Shown here one piece after another: positions 26,376-39,289 of a stretch of DNA of 64,000 nt (positions within the stretch are counted from its first letter, which is position 1; each line of letters begins with the position of its first letter). Position numbers and translations under genes: made by a program. The DNA is taken from NCBI GenBank assembly GCA_002633005.1, contig NMRA01000087.1:248001-312000 (forward strand). Direction: 5' to 3'. The DNA comes from Phoronis australis (taxonomy: Eukaryota > Animalia > Phoronida). Below the pieces are notes generated by a model that saw only the letters and a program-made list of their open reading frames with translations, made no database searches and was not told the DNA's origin.

Positions 26376-29300
26376 GTATTATGTGCCCAAAAGAAGGTTT
26401 GAATTCTTGTCAAATGAACTCGGTTGAAGATCAGGGAATCTGGTCATATTTTTTGAAATTTCACAAGATTCAACGTTAATCAGGATTATAATCAATGCAT
26501 GCCAGAAAGTTACTTTTCCCGTATTATCTATTTACCACATTGCGTTTATTTTGCTTTTCGATAATGGAATAGTACGAAAATGCAACACTAGTGTCTCGTT
26601 CTCGGCATCATCTCCTTCATGTGATCACAAATGACTCTCATGGGCCATGTTATTGCGACTTCACGTTTACTCATTATCATGCTTTAATGCATCTTAAAGA
26701 CATTTAAGGTATTTCAATTCTTAGTTTTGCCCTAAATGAATAATATCGTTCAACAATTCCAGTAACGTTGGTGTGTTTCTCTATGTAAACTGTTTTTTGA
26801 AATAAGATTCTTTTGTTTTTGCCGAATCCTAATTATAGCTCCATACGACATCTAAGCAAGTTATGAAGACATAGTAAATGGCTATCAGGGGTTAAAGTTA
26901 AAGGCAAGGCTTTGAACAGGTGATTGGCAATTCGTAGAAACTGCGCGAAAATAATCATCAATATGTATGCCTTTGCGCAAGCGCAAGAGATATAATACCT
27001 TCCGCCTTGCCCCAGTTTCGCGTTTGACGTATAGTTGACACGGAGCAAGATGATCTGGCGCAACTTATTCTACCTCACAAACGACTGACACTAGTTGTCA
27101 CCGCAGTGTCAGTGTGTTCCGTGTCACTTGAGTCCGATCACCTCGTTTCTTGTCAGGTGACCCATGTCCACTTTTGTAGTGTAAATGGGACTGTAGAAAT
27201 GTAACTCACTCCACCATTATGTCGTGGTGTTTTGTTATAACGTTGGTGGCTTGTGTTTATAAAGTAGAAAATGAGATTGATGGCGGCGCTGTAATTTTAA
27301 AATTTTAAGTGTAGTTTACTTTAATTCATAGTTAAAACTATATTGAACATTGCCAACTTCAAAGTAAACTACAATAAGACAGAATCGCTCTATTAAGCAA
27401 AATGTCACCTATTCCGACCACAGTCTAACCATAGCAAACAATCACAGTTAACCTTGTTTAACAACTCGATTTTTGCAATCGTAGCAAACTTAAATCAATA
27501 CCTTCGACATTCACCATTGTGAGAAACGGGATATGCCAAGGTAATAACCATATTATATAAACATCCCTCAATATAACTTTATTAATATTCTAATATTATT
27601 ACAGCTGGTTGCGCAACATATACACACAGAGCTCCGTATTGGCACAGTGCAAACTTAGAACGCGGATAATACTCTGGTTGATAGCTACAGGCTCCAAGAG
27701 CTTTCTTACTTCGACTAGTCACGACATATTTCCTGTCAATTCTTAATCACTTTAAATTTCATGTAAAAGGGTTATCTCTTGGTATGTTTAAACAAACCGT
27801 CGCAACACCTCATTACAGGCACTAAACTAACGTTTATTCAACTGTGCAAAAATTTCTTGAAATACTGGATACTGCTTGATTCGCTCCACCTGTTAACCCA
27901 CGTCAACCAGGTATCTGGAGAGCGCTCAGGGCGAGAAAAGTAAGGTCTCGCAAGACCTCTCAAAATCACACGAGTGAACAGCGAGTGTTCCGCGAGTATC
28001 ATCGAGGGCTTTCTAGTCATCCTAGCAAAATGGCAGCCACGGAAGTGGTTGGCAGGCGAGGTTGGATTGGATTGCATTCACTGTTTTCGTTTCGCAAGCG
28101 AAGATTTTTCGTCTCAGATATGCGGTCTACTGAACGCACATTTGATTGGTTTGTAAGCCTAGAACTGGTCTGGGACATTAGCTTGCACTTGTGGCGATTT
28201 GTTTTACTTATACAACGGTAACAGTGAACGCAATCCCACAATTCAACACTACAACCTCACCGACCAATCACTCCAATGACCACCATAAGCTTCCGAGCAT
28301 ATTGGCGAAACAATCGCTTAATTTTGTGAGGTCTTGCGTGATTTTGCTTTTCTCGTAAGAAGCGTGGTTTACGGAACGCTCTCCTGTTTTTAATTCTCGT
28401 ATTCTGAGAATGTGGGCAACAGACACAAACAGGGATCCAGGATTTTATGAATGTGACCTTCGTGTCTCAACGCTATTATTACGTTGACGAACATGTAAAG
28501 GTAACGATTTTTATTTTGACTTTGAAGTTATGAAAAAGCACACACACGTTACACACAACATTTTGCCCTTCATATCCGTTTCCGTACACTTAATTTTATC
28601 CGTCCGCCACTGTCTATCGCACTAATGGTTTTCACAAAAAATGAATGTGTATCAAAATAGCTCTTGCGATTTTAGTAGCTTTGCGAGGCCACTAGCTTAT
28701 AACCAGCCTCTTAAAAAACATGGGATGTTATCTGAGTTTTGTTGTCTGTCTGAAACCACGTTTCCCCCGGCAAACGAGGACACAGTGCGTGTTTATTTTC
28801 ACTGTGCATGTTTGTTGTGTCTAGCTTTGAAAGATGCTACCAAAATAATAGCTGGAATTCGCTAACAGGAACCGCTGGTTTGTGGTTACGCTTTTTCGTA
28901 GTGATCAGAATTGCAGAATGTTTACGGGTCAAGGAGGAGCACAGTATCCCTGGCAATTATCACTTACCTTCCCAGCTGCTTTCTCGTCAAAGACGCCTCA
29001 TCTCGCTTTTGGCATTTTCACAACCTATTTACTTGCTTATGAAAACAAATATTTTGGCACGCATCTAATTACTCCAGTCCAACGGCCGGCATTTGAATCT
29101 GGTGGTAGACGGTATTTCGAACTCTCGCGAAGTTGTATATTTCCTGATGACAGAAAGGTACTCCAAAGTAGGGTTCACCAAAAGGTGGCGTTCTCGCGGT
29201 TTTTCTTCCAGGTTTAGTTTAAAGTCGATTCTGTTCGTTAAACCAAAACATTCTACAGACTTTTAATTAAAATTTGGGAAATCCGCGCACACAAGATTAA

Positions 29301-29768
29301 TACATGATGTCACTACTGAAAGTAGAAAAGCATTCTAATACGTACGTCATCAATTATTGTTCAAAAAGCAAAACTGCGTCACAATGAAACGTAGCAAACA
29401 CTGTGCCTGAGTTGCCAGTATAACTGGAATATGACGTCACTTTAAAGTTGCAGACAAAGAATCATTTCTGCACATGTTTTTAGACTACTCAAAAACTAGA
29501 CAGAAAAGAACTGAAACTGGTTGGATGTGAAATCTACCGTTAAATAGAACAGAAAAATCGCATCATATCACAATTATTAACCTCCTTCATCAAGGTAATC
29601 CCAAACACTGTTGAAAGCTAAATCTGTTTCTATTAATCTGTGATATTCTAAATAACTCTACATTCTTGTTTTCTTACACCGAACATCCGATGTCGCTGGT
29701 TTATATGACAACAATGTAGTCACGTGGTTCTAGTTCATAACTTGAAACCGAACAGTTCTTGGTGTTAA

Positions 29769-31399
29769 AGGAGAATGCCACCCGATTTAATTAGTCTTTT
29801 TGCCGTCTTAATCGGTCTATATCCACATCGCCTCGCATACGGTTGACCTTACCTTGCTAAGAGGTGTCGCGTTAACCTGTGAGAAAGGTGAGAAACGACG
29901 CTAGCGACGTCAATGGTTCATATGCAGAGTGAATGCCGCTATGTTGCGGTACATCGTTCTCGCTTGTCCGAACTACTAAGCAGCTGCGAGGAAAGCGGGT
30001 ATGTCGTTTTTTTACTTCCTCGAGAGTCCGAAATGCTTAGGAAGTGGCTCATGGCAGTGAAGAATGAAATGTACGCTGTAAATAGCAAGTATGAGGCCGT
30101 AAAACATCTCCGTGTCTGTGGCCTGCAGACGTCGACAGTGCCTGACGAATGCCGGCTTACCAAATAACTTCATGTGTTCCGTTGTCTGAGCTTGTTCACG
30201 GCGCCTCTCTAACTTAACGATCCACCAGCGAAGTCGGGACTGATGAGCTCTAGCTCGTCCTAAGTCGGGATTGCGACGGTTGCCATGTTGGCGTTTATTA
30301 CTGAGCGTTCAGTTTTAAAATGAATTTTTCTCACCCTAACCAATAGTTATACAAAACTGAAACAAAGTCTGTCTCATTAGATGCAATTCTTAATGCTTTT
30401 GGAGTGTTCGTGAGTGCAAATGATTTGAAAAACCAGCAATGAATAAATCACTGCGTTACCGGCTTTAGGTGCAATAAAACTAGTTGACGGGACATCGAGG
30501 CCGTGTGAGCTCATGCTAATTTAGTGTTTGCTGGCAGAAACTGTTGTGAAACAACTCGATTTCCATCCCACGACCAGGTGTCTTTATTAACATTTACATT
30601 ACTCAAATAATGATAGTCAATGTACAACTTCTGCCCTGACGGTGCTGTGGTCAAAGCGGAACCTAAATTCGCGGCCCCCCGACGAGTAAGTAGATTTGCA
30701 GTTTCGTGGCTAATTCACCAACATAATCACGTGCACTTTACTTTGGCTCACTAGTATAGTATTTTCTTGACTGGAAGTTTAGTTTCCACTGAACTTTGGC
30801 TGGTTTATGTTCGTGATGTCTGATCAGTTTCCTAGCCACTGGCCGTGGTAACGCCGGAGTCAATCCGGGCGGCCGCGACGGGACTGATCGGGCTCCGAGC
30901 CACTGGCCAGGATAACAAGTGTTTTGTGCTTAGAACTCAAAAAATCACAAGTCTAAACAACACAGATCTAGGTTCTCCTGTCTGTATCTCACGGAAAATA
31001 CTTTGAAATTATCTCCGAACAGACCCCAAACTCCTGCTACGGACCTAGTTGGCCTGCCGAACTTTGTAGGCTACGGTGTGTCCAAATACCAATAAATCCG
31101 TAAGAGCGAAATAAAACAACACGTTTTTAAAAGAACTCGGTGTATTTTTAAGGGTTTTACATCGAAGTTTGATGATTTATTGGTGTTAAACGGTGACTTC
31201 AAGCGATAAGCTGACACCAGTAACCCGTGTTGTGAACTGCTGAACAGACTGCGTGTGAAACCGATGACGTCATTGAATAATTTCAACACCTCCGTCTGCC
31301 GTCAGGTGTCAGGTAACGCAACCGTACGTGTCGTTATGGAGTAGAACTACTCGATCTAAATTGATACAAATTAGGTTGCTTTTTGGGTGACAAGCTCCT
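29769..31399 (+). mobile_element. Non-autonomous/decayed Kolobok-type DNA transposon with THAP-domain remnant
   Basis: TTAA|AGGAGAATGCCACCCG ... TGGGTGACAAGCTCCT|TTAA: terminal inverted repeats with TTAA duplication and AGG termini. ORF 29913-30167 contains FLLP..LRKWL..HLRVCGL, a THAP-like signature. Confidence 0.75.
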
Positions 31400-32507
31400 T
31401 TAACTCGCCTAAATTAGTCTGATTGTTGTTGCATATCACGTGTTCGTCAACGCGCTTTCTTTCTGACGAAGGTCTCTCACATGACCCATCAGCGGCGACA
31501 CCTCGGACATTATGAATGCCACATCATCCATTCACTGAATTTGTATTTTCGTGTAATATGCATGTCCTGATGACGTCAGGTAGCCGGTGACATCAGAGAT
31601 TGATCTAGTTAACACTGATGTTGTTTTCAGAAGCCGTTTTTCGTGGTTTACTTTCAGGAACTCCGTACATAATTAAGGCAATAACAATAATGATAACAAT
31701 TTGGCCACCCATGTTTGCCCTGTCGATACAGCACGGCTGACTTTGTTAATTTATCAAAAAACATCTGGTAAGACCATTGGTCAACGTGCGGCACATTACC
31801 GAGGATTCGTGTAGTCGCTACGCAGGTTTTAAAAACGCTTTGCAGGTAAGATAAATTATGACTGCCCTGATTCAACAGATGCCCTGTCCAGAAACAGCAC
31901 CAATACCTCATAATATCCGAAGGAATATTCTGAAATTTTTATGCTGTTTCAATCAATCAGAATATTTCGTCAGAATAAACTGTCAGATAGTTCTAGCGTA
32001 TCTGCACTTTTGTCACAATGCCTCGTGCACACAATTCCTGAAAGATTCATTTGAGATGTGTTGTTTTCTTTCATTTTTGACGTAAAATCATGGACAATTT
32101 TAACGCGTGAAACAGTGTTGGGTTAAGGTTTCTCGGACCCCTAAGATGTACAAAGGCTGGGCGCTAGTGGTTTGAGCTATCCTTGGTTGACACAACGTTT
32201 TCGTCCCCCAGATAGCTCGAGCTGTCTGCGTCGCCTACAGATTGCACCCCCCCCCCCCGTCGACACAGCTCTCGAGGGCCCCCTGTGGCTACGACGTGGG
32301 GTCCTCTTTATTTGCTTAATGGAGAAAGCGGCACTAACGGGAAACAAAGGAAGGAACACCTGGCGTGCGTTCAGTAGACGCTAGGCTCTACGCTAGGACC
32401 AAACTATGACCGAGTCAAAGTCACGTGTTCTCATTTAAAATACACGGCAATATCTCACGTAATCTCGCGAAGTCTTGCTTTTTAGCGAGGTCCTAGCGTT
32501 ACTGAAC

Positions 32508-33030
32508 GAGTAGTAGTAGTAATACACTTTATTCACTTTAAGTCAAAAACCAAAAAATACAGTTGATATAAATTTACGCTTATGGAGACTCCGTGAAGGA
32601 CCAGAGAGGTCCGCTGACCACGGAGCCACCAGAGAATAAGAAAGAAAAAATACAGCGTTACAAATAAGCAGAACTATAAAAATTAGGTGATGATGTACTT
32701 TAAAACTACTTGTGTAAAGACTGGGAGAGATTATCGAAAATAGTTACATACAAAGCAGTTGGGAATAGTGCACTCAAGTTCATAATTTTCAAAACAAACA
32801 TTCTTAAAATAATTTATAACAGAGGATAACGAATGGGTAAAAAGTTTTTGGTAGACACTTTCAGGAAGGTTATTAATGATATGAGGTAGGGCATTTCGAA
32901 CTGAATCTTCAACAAATGATTTAGTACAACGGGGAGTATGTAAAAGATGTCGTTGCCTAGTGTAATGTTCATGAACAGACCCANTGAAGAGCGACTGTTT
33001 GTCAAAACAAGAAGTGTAAACTTCCCTCAA
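32508..33030 (-). mobile_element. 5'-truncated non-LTR retrotransposon (CR1/L2-group-like) 3' end
   Basis: ORF2 C-terminus HEHYTRQR..LHTP..IINNLP..CTIPNCFVCN-stop (32731-33030); 3' UTR stem-loop at 32589-32625; AATAAA then a (CTA)n tail at ~32510-32535. Confidence 0.8.
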
Positions 33031-33375
33031 ACAATTTCAAAGGTTCCAATTGCTGGTTGCAAACTGTTAACTTGGTCGCCATTTATGTTCAAGCATACCG
33101 TACCTATTTTAGTGAGTTATCGTAATTTCCAGTTGACATGCAAGCCGACACTATCTTATAACAGTCTAGTGAATTATTGTTATCCCCTTCAGTCACCTAC
33201 CGACGACGCCAAACAAGATTGAGGCACACGAAACAAGGTGGAGACAAATCTGGAGTCGAGAGCTCAACATGCTGGGCGACATGGTTTTCCCAGTTACTTA
33301 TTGCTATTATCACTCAATCAAAGTTAACGAAGCATACTTGCTGAATAATTATTGTCTTCACTGATAAAAGAAATC

Positions 33376-33447
33376 AGGGGGCACCTGGGTTCGAACCTGG
33401 GACCTCTCGATCTGCAGTCGAATGCTCTACCACTGAGCTATGCCCCC
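33376..33447 (-). tRNA. trnC-GCA: tRNA-Cys(GCA), variant copy with one T-stem mismatch
   Basis: GGGGGCATAGCTCAGTGGTAGAGCATTCGACTGCAGATCGAGAGGTCCCAGGTTCGAACCCAGGTGCCCCCT; A:A mismatch in the T stem; A/B boxes intact; TTTT downstream. Confidence 0.88.
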
Positions 33448-34105
33448 ATCTGTGCTGCTTTCTCTTCAAGTCGTATACCATATCAAATGTCTAAAAAATC
33501 TATTTACTAGAACAGCTTTTTCTAGAGGGGGGCGGCGGACAATTTGGCATTGTGTATACCCGCATGCCAGACGTTATCTGTGATATTACCTTACAAAACA
33601 TAAACGTAATGCAAATATTCTCCAACAATAGAAGACATCAAACTAGATAAAATGAGAAAATATGAACATTTTTATAATACATAGATTTGTGAAGTTAATG
33701 CAATTTGTTAGCAAACTTGTCATTCATATTATATGGAATATCAAACTGACATTGACACTTCGAGTGAAAGTAAACATTTTTTTCAAGACGTAAAGTAAAA
33801 TTATAACTCTACCTGTATTTTTTTGAAATAACTGTAAAGTTTGATTAAGTCAACACTGGTACTGAAACATTTAGTCACGAGTTGGATCTTCATCATACTC
33901 AATAAGCCTTATTGAATAGTAAAGGCAGAGCTCAGACATCCCCGACATCTGATAGGAACTGAGTTAATAAAGCACTCGAGCGTCCCCTGTGGTTACGACG
34001 AGGGGCCCCTATTGCTTAAACGAGAGCTTGGCACTGGCGGAAATCAAGAGAAGGAACAGTTGGACTTGAACCGAGGGCTTATTGTCTTCTCGAGTAAAAG
34101 AAATC

Positions 34106-34177
34106 AGGGGGCACCTGGGTTTGAACCGGGGACCTCTCGAGCTGCAGTCGAATGCTCTACCACTAAGCTACGCCCCC
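34106..34177 (-). tRNA. trnC-GCA: tRNA-Cys(GCA), variant copy (possible pseudogene)
   Basis: GGGGGCGTAGCTTAGTGGTAGAGCATTCGACTGCAGCTCGAGAGGTCCCCGGTTCAAACCCAGGTGCCCCCT; C:A mismatch in the T stem, changes in the D arm and at position 38; flanks duplicated with the 33376 copy. Confidence 0.82.
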
Positions 34178-34742
34178 ATCTGGTCTGCTGTCACATGAAG
34201 TCAAAAGAAAGGAAATCACACGCAAACCTATTTGTCTATGCAGATAGATAATGCATATTTCTACCCAATGATTGTAATGATTCATTTAGTCACTGTTAAC
34301 AAAACATTAATATGGTGGTTATTCAAATGATCACTGGTTGATTGATCACCGTTCGCGAACTCAAGTAGTGATATGTGCTCAAATGAGATGTTACCGAAAA
34401 GAAAGTGCGATAGTCATGAATAACATATCGAATGGAAGTCCTGAATGTATAACATAGTCTAAAAATCTATTTAGTAAAACACCTTTTTTCTACACGGGGC
34501 GGCGGACAATTTGGCTTTGCGCATACCAGCATGCAAGAAGTTATCTATCATATAATTATTAGCTTACTAAACATAAACTTAATACACATATACCGCAACA
34601 ACATAAGGCATTAGTTGATTTTGGATGTAAGGTTAGGTAAAATAAGAAAATGTAAGATTACAATTTATTTTCGGTCTATAATACATAAATTTGTTGTACA
34701 AACATTGGCTGAGCTCGTGACGCTGGGTGTATATGTTGCAGC

Positions 34743-34994
34743 TTAGTAAATGTTAGGGATACTGGTCATACAAATATATGATACATATCATATATAATAT
34801 CAAACTTAGTAAATGTTAGAGATACTGGTCATACAAATATATGATATATATCATATGTAACTTCAAACTTAGTAAATGTTAGAGATACTGGTCATACAAA
34901 TATATGATACATACCATATGTAATATCAAACTTAGTAAATGTTAGAGATACTGGTCATACAAATATATGATACATATCATATGTAATATCAAAC
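34743..34994. repeat. Minisatellite, 4 x 63 bp
   Basis: Unit TTAGTAAATGTTAGAGATACTGGTCATACAAATATATGATACATATCATATGTAATATCAAAC starts at 34743, 34806, 34869 and 34932. Confidence 0.93.
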
Positions 34995-37900
34995 TGACAT
35001 TGATACTTCGAGGGAAACTTAACGTAAGCTGTCCAGACCTTTTTGTGAGAGGGGATTGCGGGTTTTTTTAATCACAGATATATCAAACTTACCATGATAA
35101 AAACTCTAACTGTAAAGTTTTTAGATAATTGTAAATATTGATTAAGTCAACACTACCACTGAAATATTTAGTCATGAGTTGGATATTCAATAAACCTTAT
35201 TGAGCAGTGAAGTCATTCGTCATCTTTTAAGACGAAAGCCCTGAAACCTGAAGGTCACATGCCGTGTTGAAAGTTAAATCTATATTCTGAATGCTCAAGC
35301 ATTGCAACAACGAACAGTACATTAGCTCCAGTACAGACTAGATATCCTCATCAACCTTAGAATCAATGCCATCTGGAGAATTAGCAAATGCAACACTGCG
35401 AGCAGTAGAGTGCATGGTATTAAACGCAGACTTACACCCACAACGAACGACTTAATCCTGGAATTTCCGAGGAGTAGATTGCGGCTCGGTCACCGATTTG
35501 CAGCAAGTTCCTTGCACTGACTTTTCAGCCCCAGCCCACAGAATGAGACATTACAACACCAAACCATTCCTGAATTTGGAGTGGTGATGCATTCTGTTTC
35601 ATTCACAGAGTGGATGTCGTTGTCATTGACTGCTTGACTCATCATGGAAATCTAAATTTGGTCATTGAGATTCATAGTTTCTTGGAGACACGTCAAGTAA
35701 TAGTCCCTAATAAAATAAGTTCAGACTAAGCTGATGTTTTTGTTTAATTGCTTTGGATTTTAAGATGGTTCATGGAATTTTTCAGGTAGTGAGTAATTTC
35801 AAAATTTATCTATCAAAGTATCACATCTCAAAAGTTGTTGAGTAGGTTCAAATGACACTTTCAAAGGGGAATTGCTTTCAGTCCAAGAATTTTGTAGTTT
35901 TTCCCAAATCATGCGTACTTTCCTACATTAAATATGTCGTTTTTACAGTTTACCTTCAGAACGACCAAGTTCGGGCACAAAAAAACAGACTTCTATCGAT
36001 TCGCGGCAACTCATGTCTTCCAGTTGGCTTGGGCGAATTTTTATTAGTGTGACACAAACCGAACTGAGCTGCACCCGTGGTTGACACAGACTAGCTACGC
36101 AGCTCCACCTCGTAGCCTAGTTTTTGCATACATGCCGGTAAGAAAAACAGTTCGCGTGTTAGCCTTACATCGCATACCTGATCCCGATATAACTCTGGCC
36201 TGTATTTAGATTTGGCAGATGGCACTCGGTGCATTGGTTTCGTGGGTCTCCCTGACGAAGTTGGCAGCGCCACATAATGCAAAAATTAAGCTTTGCTTGT
36301 AGAATGACATTTAATCTCCATTTTACTCTGAATGAAGTATGGTCTTAGTGTGCATGGAATATCATTTCAAGCAATGTCTTATAGGCACAAGTGTTTGATA
36401 CATGTTCACTCTGAGCCACTTTCGCCCGACTAATACGTACGCCAAGGGATACTCTAAATCAGGTCTATTTTGTAGATAAACTAAAACATGCCGAAATCAC
36501 CTACGCAGTGCTGTTTCTCATAAAGTATTTTTTTGTTTGACATAGTTAATTTTGAGAAACCTTAGAACTTTTTAATTTAACTCCGAAAGAAGGACCTACA
36601 TACCGAAACTTTTTCGAATAATGAGCCATGAAAGTATGATATTTGGGGATGGGATTCTGTTTCAACCTGTTTCATAGCTGTCCAAAATGAGCCACTTTCG
36701 TCCAACCAGCAGGTACAACTATAGCGGTTTAGCTTCAAGTCGCTGTTGAAAATCGTTTCCCAATGCTTCACCTTTGAATTAGGTGCTATCGGAAACTAGG
36801 AGATTTACGAAAAAAATGCAAGCGATAGTTCAGAAAACTGAACATTTATATCAAAAGAAATTTGATCATGATGCCGATGCCGATGTTTCGCTTTGAATTA
36901 CTGATTTTTAATTATCTAGTTTTACTGAAAAACATAGTAACGCGGGCCAAAGCTGGTTAGTAAAAAGCTCTGTTAAATTCTGCAAGCTTTGCACTTTCAA
37001 CAAATGTATACTTTTACCGGGTTAAGTTCTGTTTTATAGATATTTAATTTCCTAAATGCCCAAACTTGGAGACAAGGTTTAACTAAAAAATCGTTAAAAC
37101 TATCCAATCCTTTGTTTTCACACGTTTAGGACACACTCAAAAGATGTCACTAAAATAAAAACATTGCATGAATTACAGCCCTGTATGTGTTTGCGTTATT
37201 GTACTCTAAAAGAGTTCTTTTCAATCTGCAGTAAAATACTCAGGGACTTATTTATTTGATGTTACAGATACACGAAGAGACAAGCATTTGATGTACGTCA
37301 TCGCATAATGATATGCCTCTTTTGTGTTCACTAATTTAGAACATGAAATGAGCCTCATCAATTGAAAGAGATCACTTGAGTAGGAACATTTCGTAAATGA
37401 CAGCTCCACATGTGTGTAACGCTTCTACTTTTTCTAAACTCACGAGGAGTTGCTCTTTTCATTTCTACTCAGACAAAGGTCATGGAGCATGCACGCTGAG
37501 ACATTATTGCTTTTTTCGTTAAAGGATGTTAGTGAGGTACTCGATGTGCAGTGATCCGCAATTGAATGGTCAACTTCCAAGCAATGTCCCATTTTTTTCT
37601 CATCAAGTTAAAAGAGAAAAAATACTTGTCAGTTGAATCAGATAGATGATTTGTTTCGAAACAGTTACATATTATTTATTTTATGATCATTGAAAGGGAC
37701 ATTGTCGTTATTACGGCTGAGAACGTATTTTTGGGGCTATTGCTGGATGGAGTAGACTTTATGTTATGTATTTACCAACAACAAAATCCGTTGTATTTTT
37801 ATGCTTTATAACAAATCGCCGATTTTCGTCATTGTCTGCCCGACATTCGCTAAAATCAAGGCCCGGGACTTTACCACTTAAATGTACTTAAAATACTTTG

Positions 37901-39289
37901 CCATTTATTGAGTCTCATCGATCCAAAAGTGTATTACTTCGTTTCCTTACAACTGACATGCAGGTCCTGCTAATCACCAGTGTATGCCTCCCGTGTTTTG
38001 GCAAGACATCAGGGAGTAAAAAAGTTATTCATCACTGAAAGGTGCTTGGCTGATATTCGATCACAATGTCTGCCGGATCTAATCTCGACGTAAGCTAGAC
38101 ATTGCATTAAAACGTGAACTTCATCTTCAACTGCCCTACCGGCACATGATGTATCCCCATACCTCAAACCATAAAATCTCCAAAGTTCAACGTCCCCTAA
38201 GGGAGGAGTATTTGAACGAAAGTTATCAAAACTCTTCGGTCCCAGCGTCTCAAATTACTACAAATGTAAAGTTCAGGTACCGGAGCAGACTTTCTGTGCA
38301 ACTTAAGTTTCCAGTCCCAGACCTGACGCTTTGCTCACTTCAAATCTCGATCAACCTGGGCAAAAGCGTTTTCAGCTGTGATAGCCAGTTTAATGGAGTT
38401 CCTACGTGAATATTCAACAAAACACTCACATGACTCTCCCGTTTATATTCGTTAACTGCAAAGTACAAATTTTTAAGTAATATTCAATGAGAATTCATAG
38501 TTCCACTCAACGATTTCCATTGGTAATACCGGTAAGTGTTAATAAGACAAAACTGAATTGCACCCCTCCTACCACCAACAGGCGGTCTTTTATTAACTCC
38601 CAGTAAAGCCTCTCAGCTCCTTGACAAACTGCATTTACATGACGGGTGGCGCCACAGTTGCTGAATCAAAGCATCGAACAGTGAAGAGAATACCTTGTAT
38701 GGCTTACCACAGTAAACCTTATACTTGGCAATTACCAGACCCAGTGCCCTATTGACTGACAGAGCCTTAGCCATAACAACACGATCTAGGTGTTCACTGA
38801 ACGATTCTCCAAGGTATTTGATGTTTCACATCAACTGACAAATTGCCACATTCAAAAACACTTAGCACTTTCTACGCAATATTCATTTTCCCAGCACGAC
38901 GCAGCAGAGTGATTCGCTTATAACTCTTTTGGGGTTTTCTTGTTTACTTCCGCTCGCCACTCACAGCAGTGTCTCATTATCAGATATGTCTGTGTTTGAG
39001 TAAGACTTCGACAATAAGTCGAGATCGGTCTCCATAAATCTAACTGTTCCGATCCTTATTCATTTCCAAGTCATACAATTGCGACCATTACCCAGACCGG
39101 TGCTTATTTAGTAACCGGTGACCCTTTTGACAAGTCACCTGTCTAGCCCGAGAGCGCTCTTGTCCATTGCGAACTTCCCTATTTTTTTCGCAGAATGTGT
39201 TTCCATATGTACTGCAACTGAGCTCTTTTACAAATTGCTCACGTTTGCACGCCTGAAAAAACTTTCGTCTTCTCTTCGAAGTATGCATG

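Larger units (their letters stand above)
32265..35215. repeat. Diverged local tandem duplication containing two tRNA-Cys copies
   Basis: Matching blocks: 32268-32347 with 33971-34047; 33350-33460 with 34080-34190; 33490-33610 with 34458-34580; 33737-33925 with 34985-35210. Confidence 0.8.

Noticed and set aside
34743-34994. Possible CRISPR-like array
   Set aside because: Contiguous 63-bp tandem units without unique spacers in a eukaryotic intron; it is a minisatellite.
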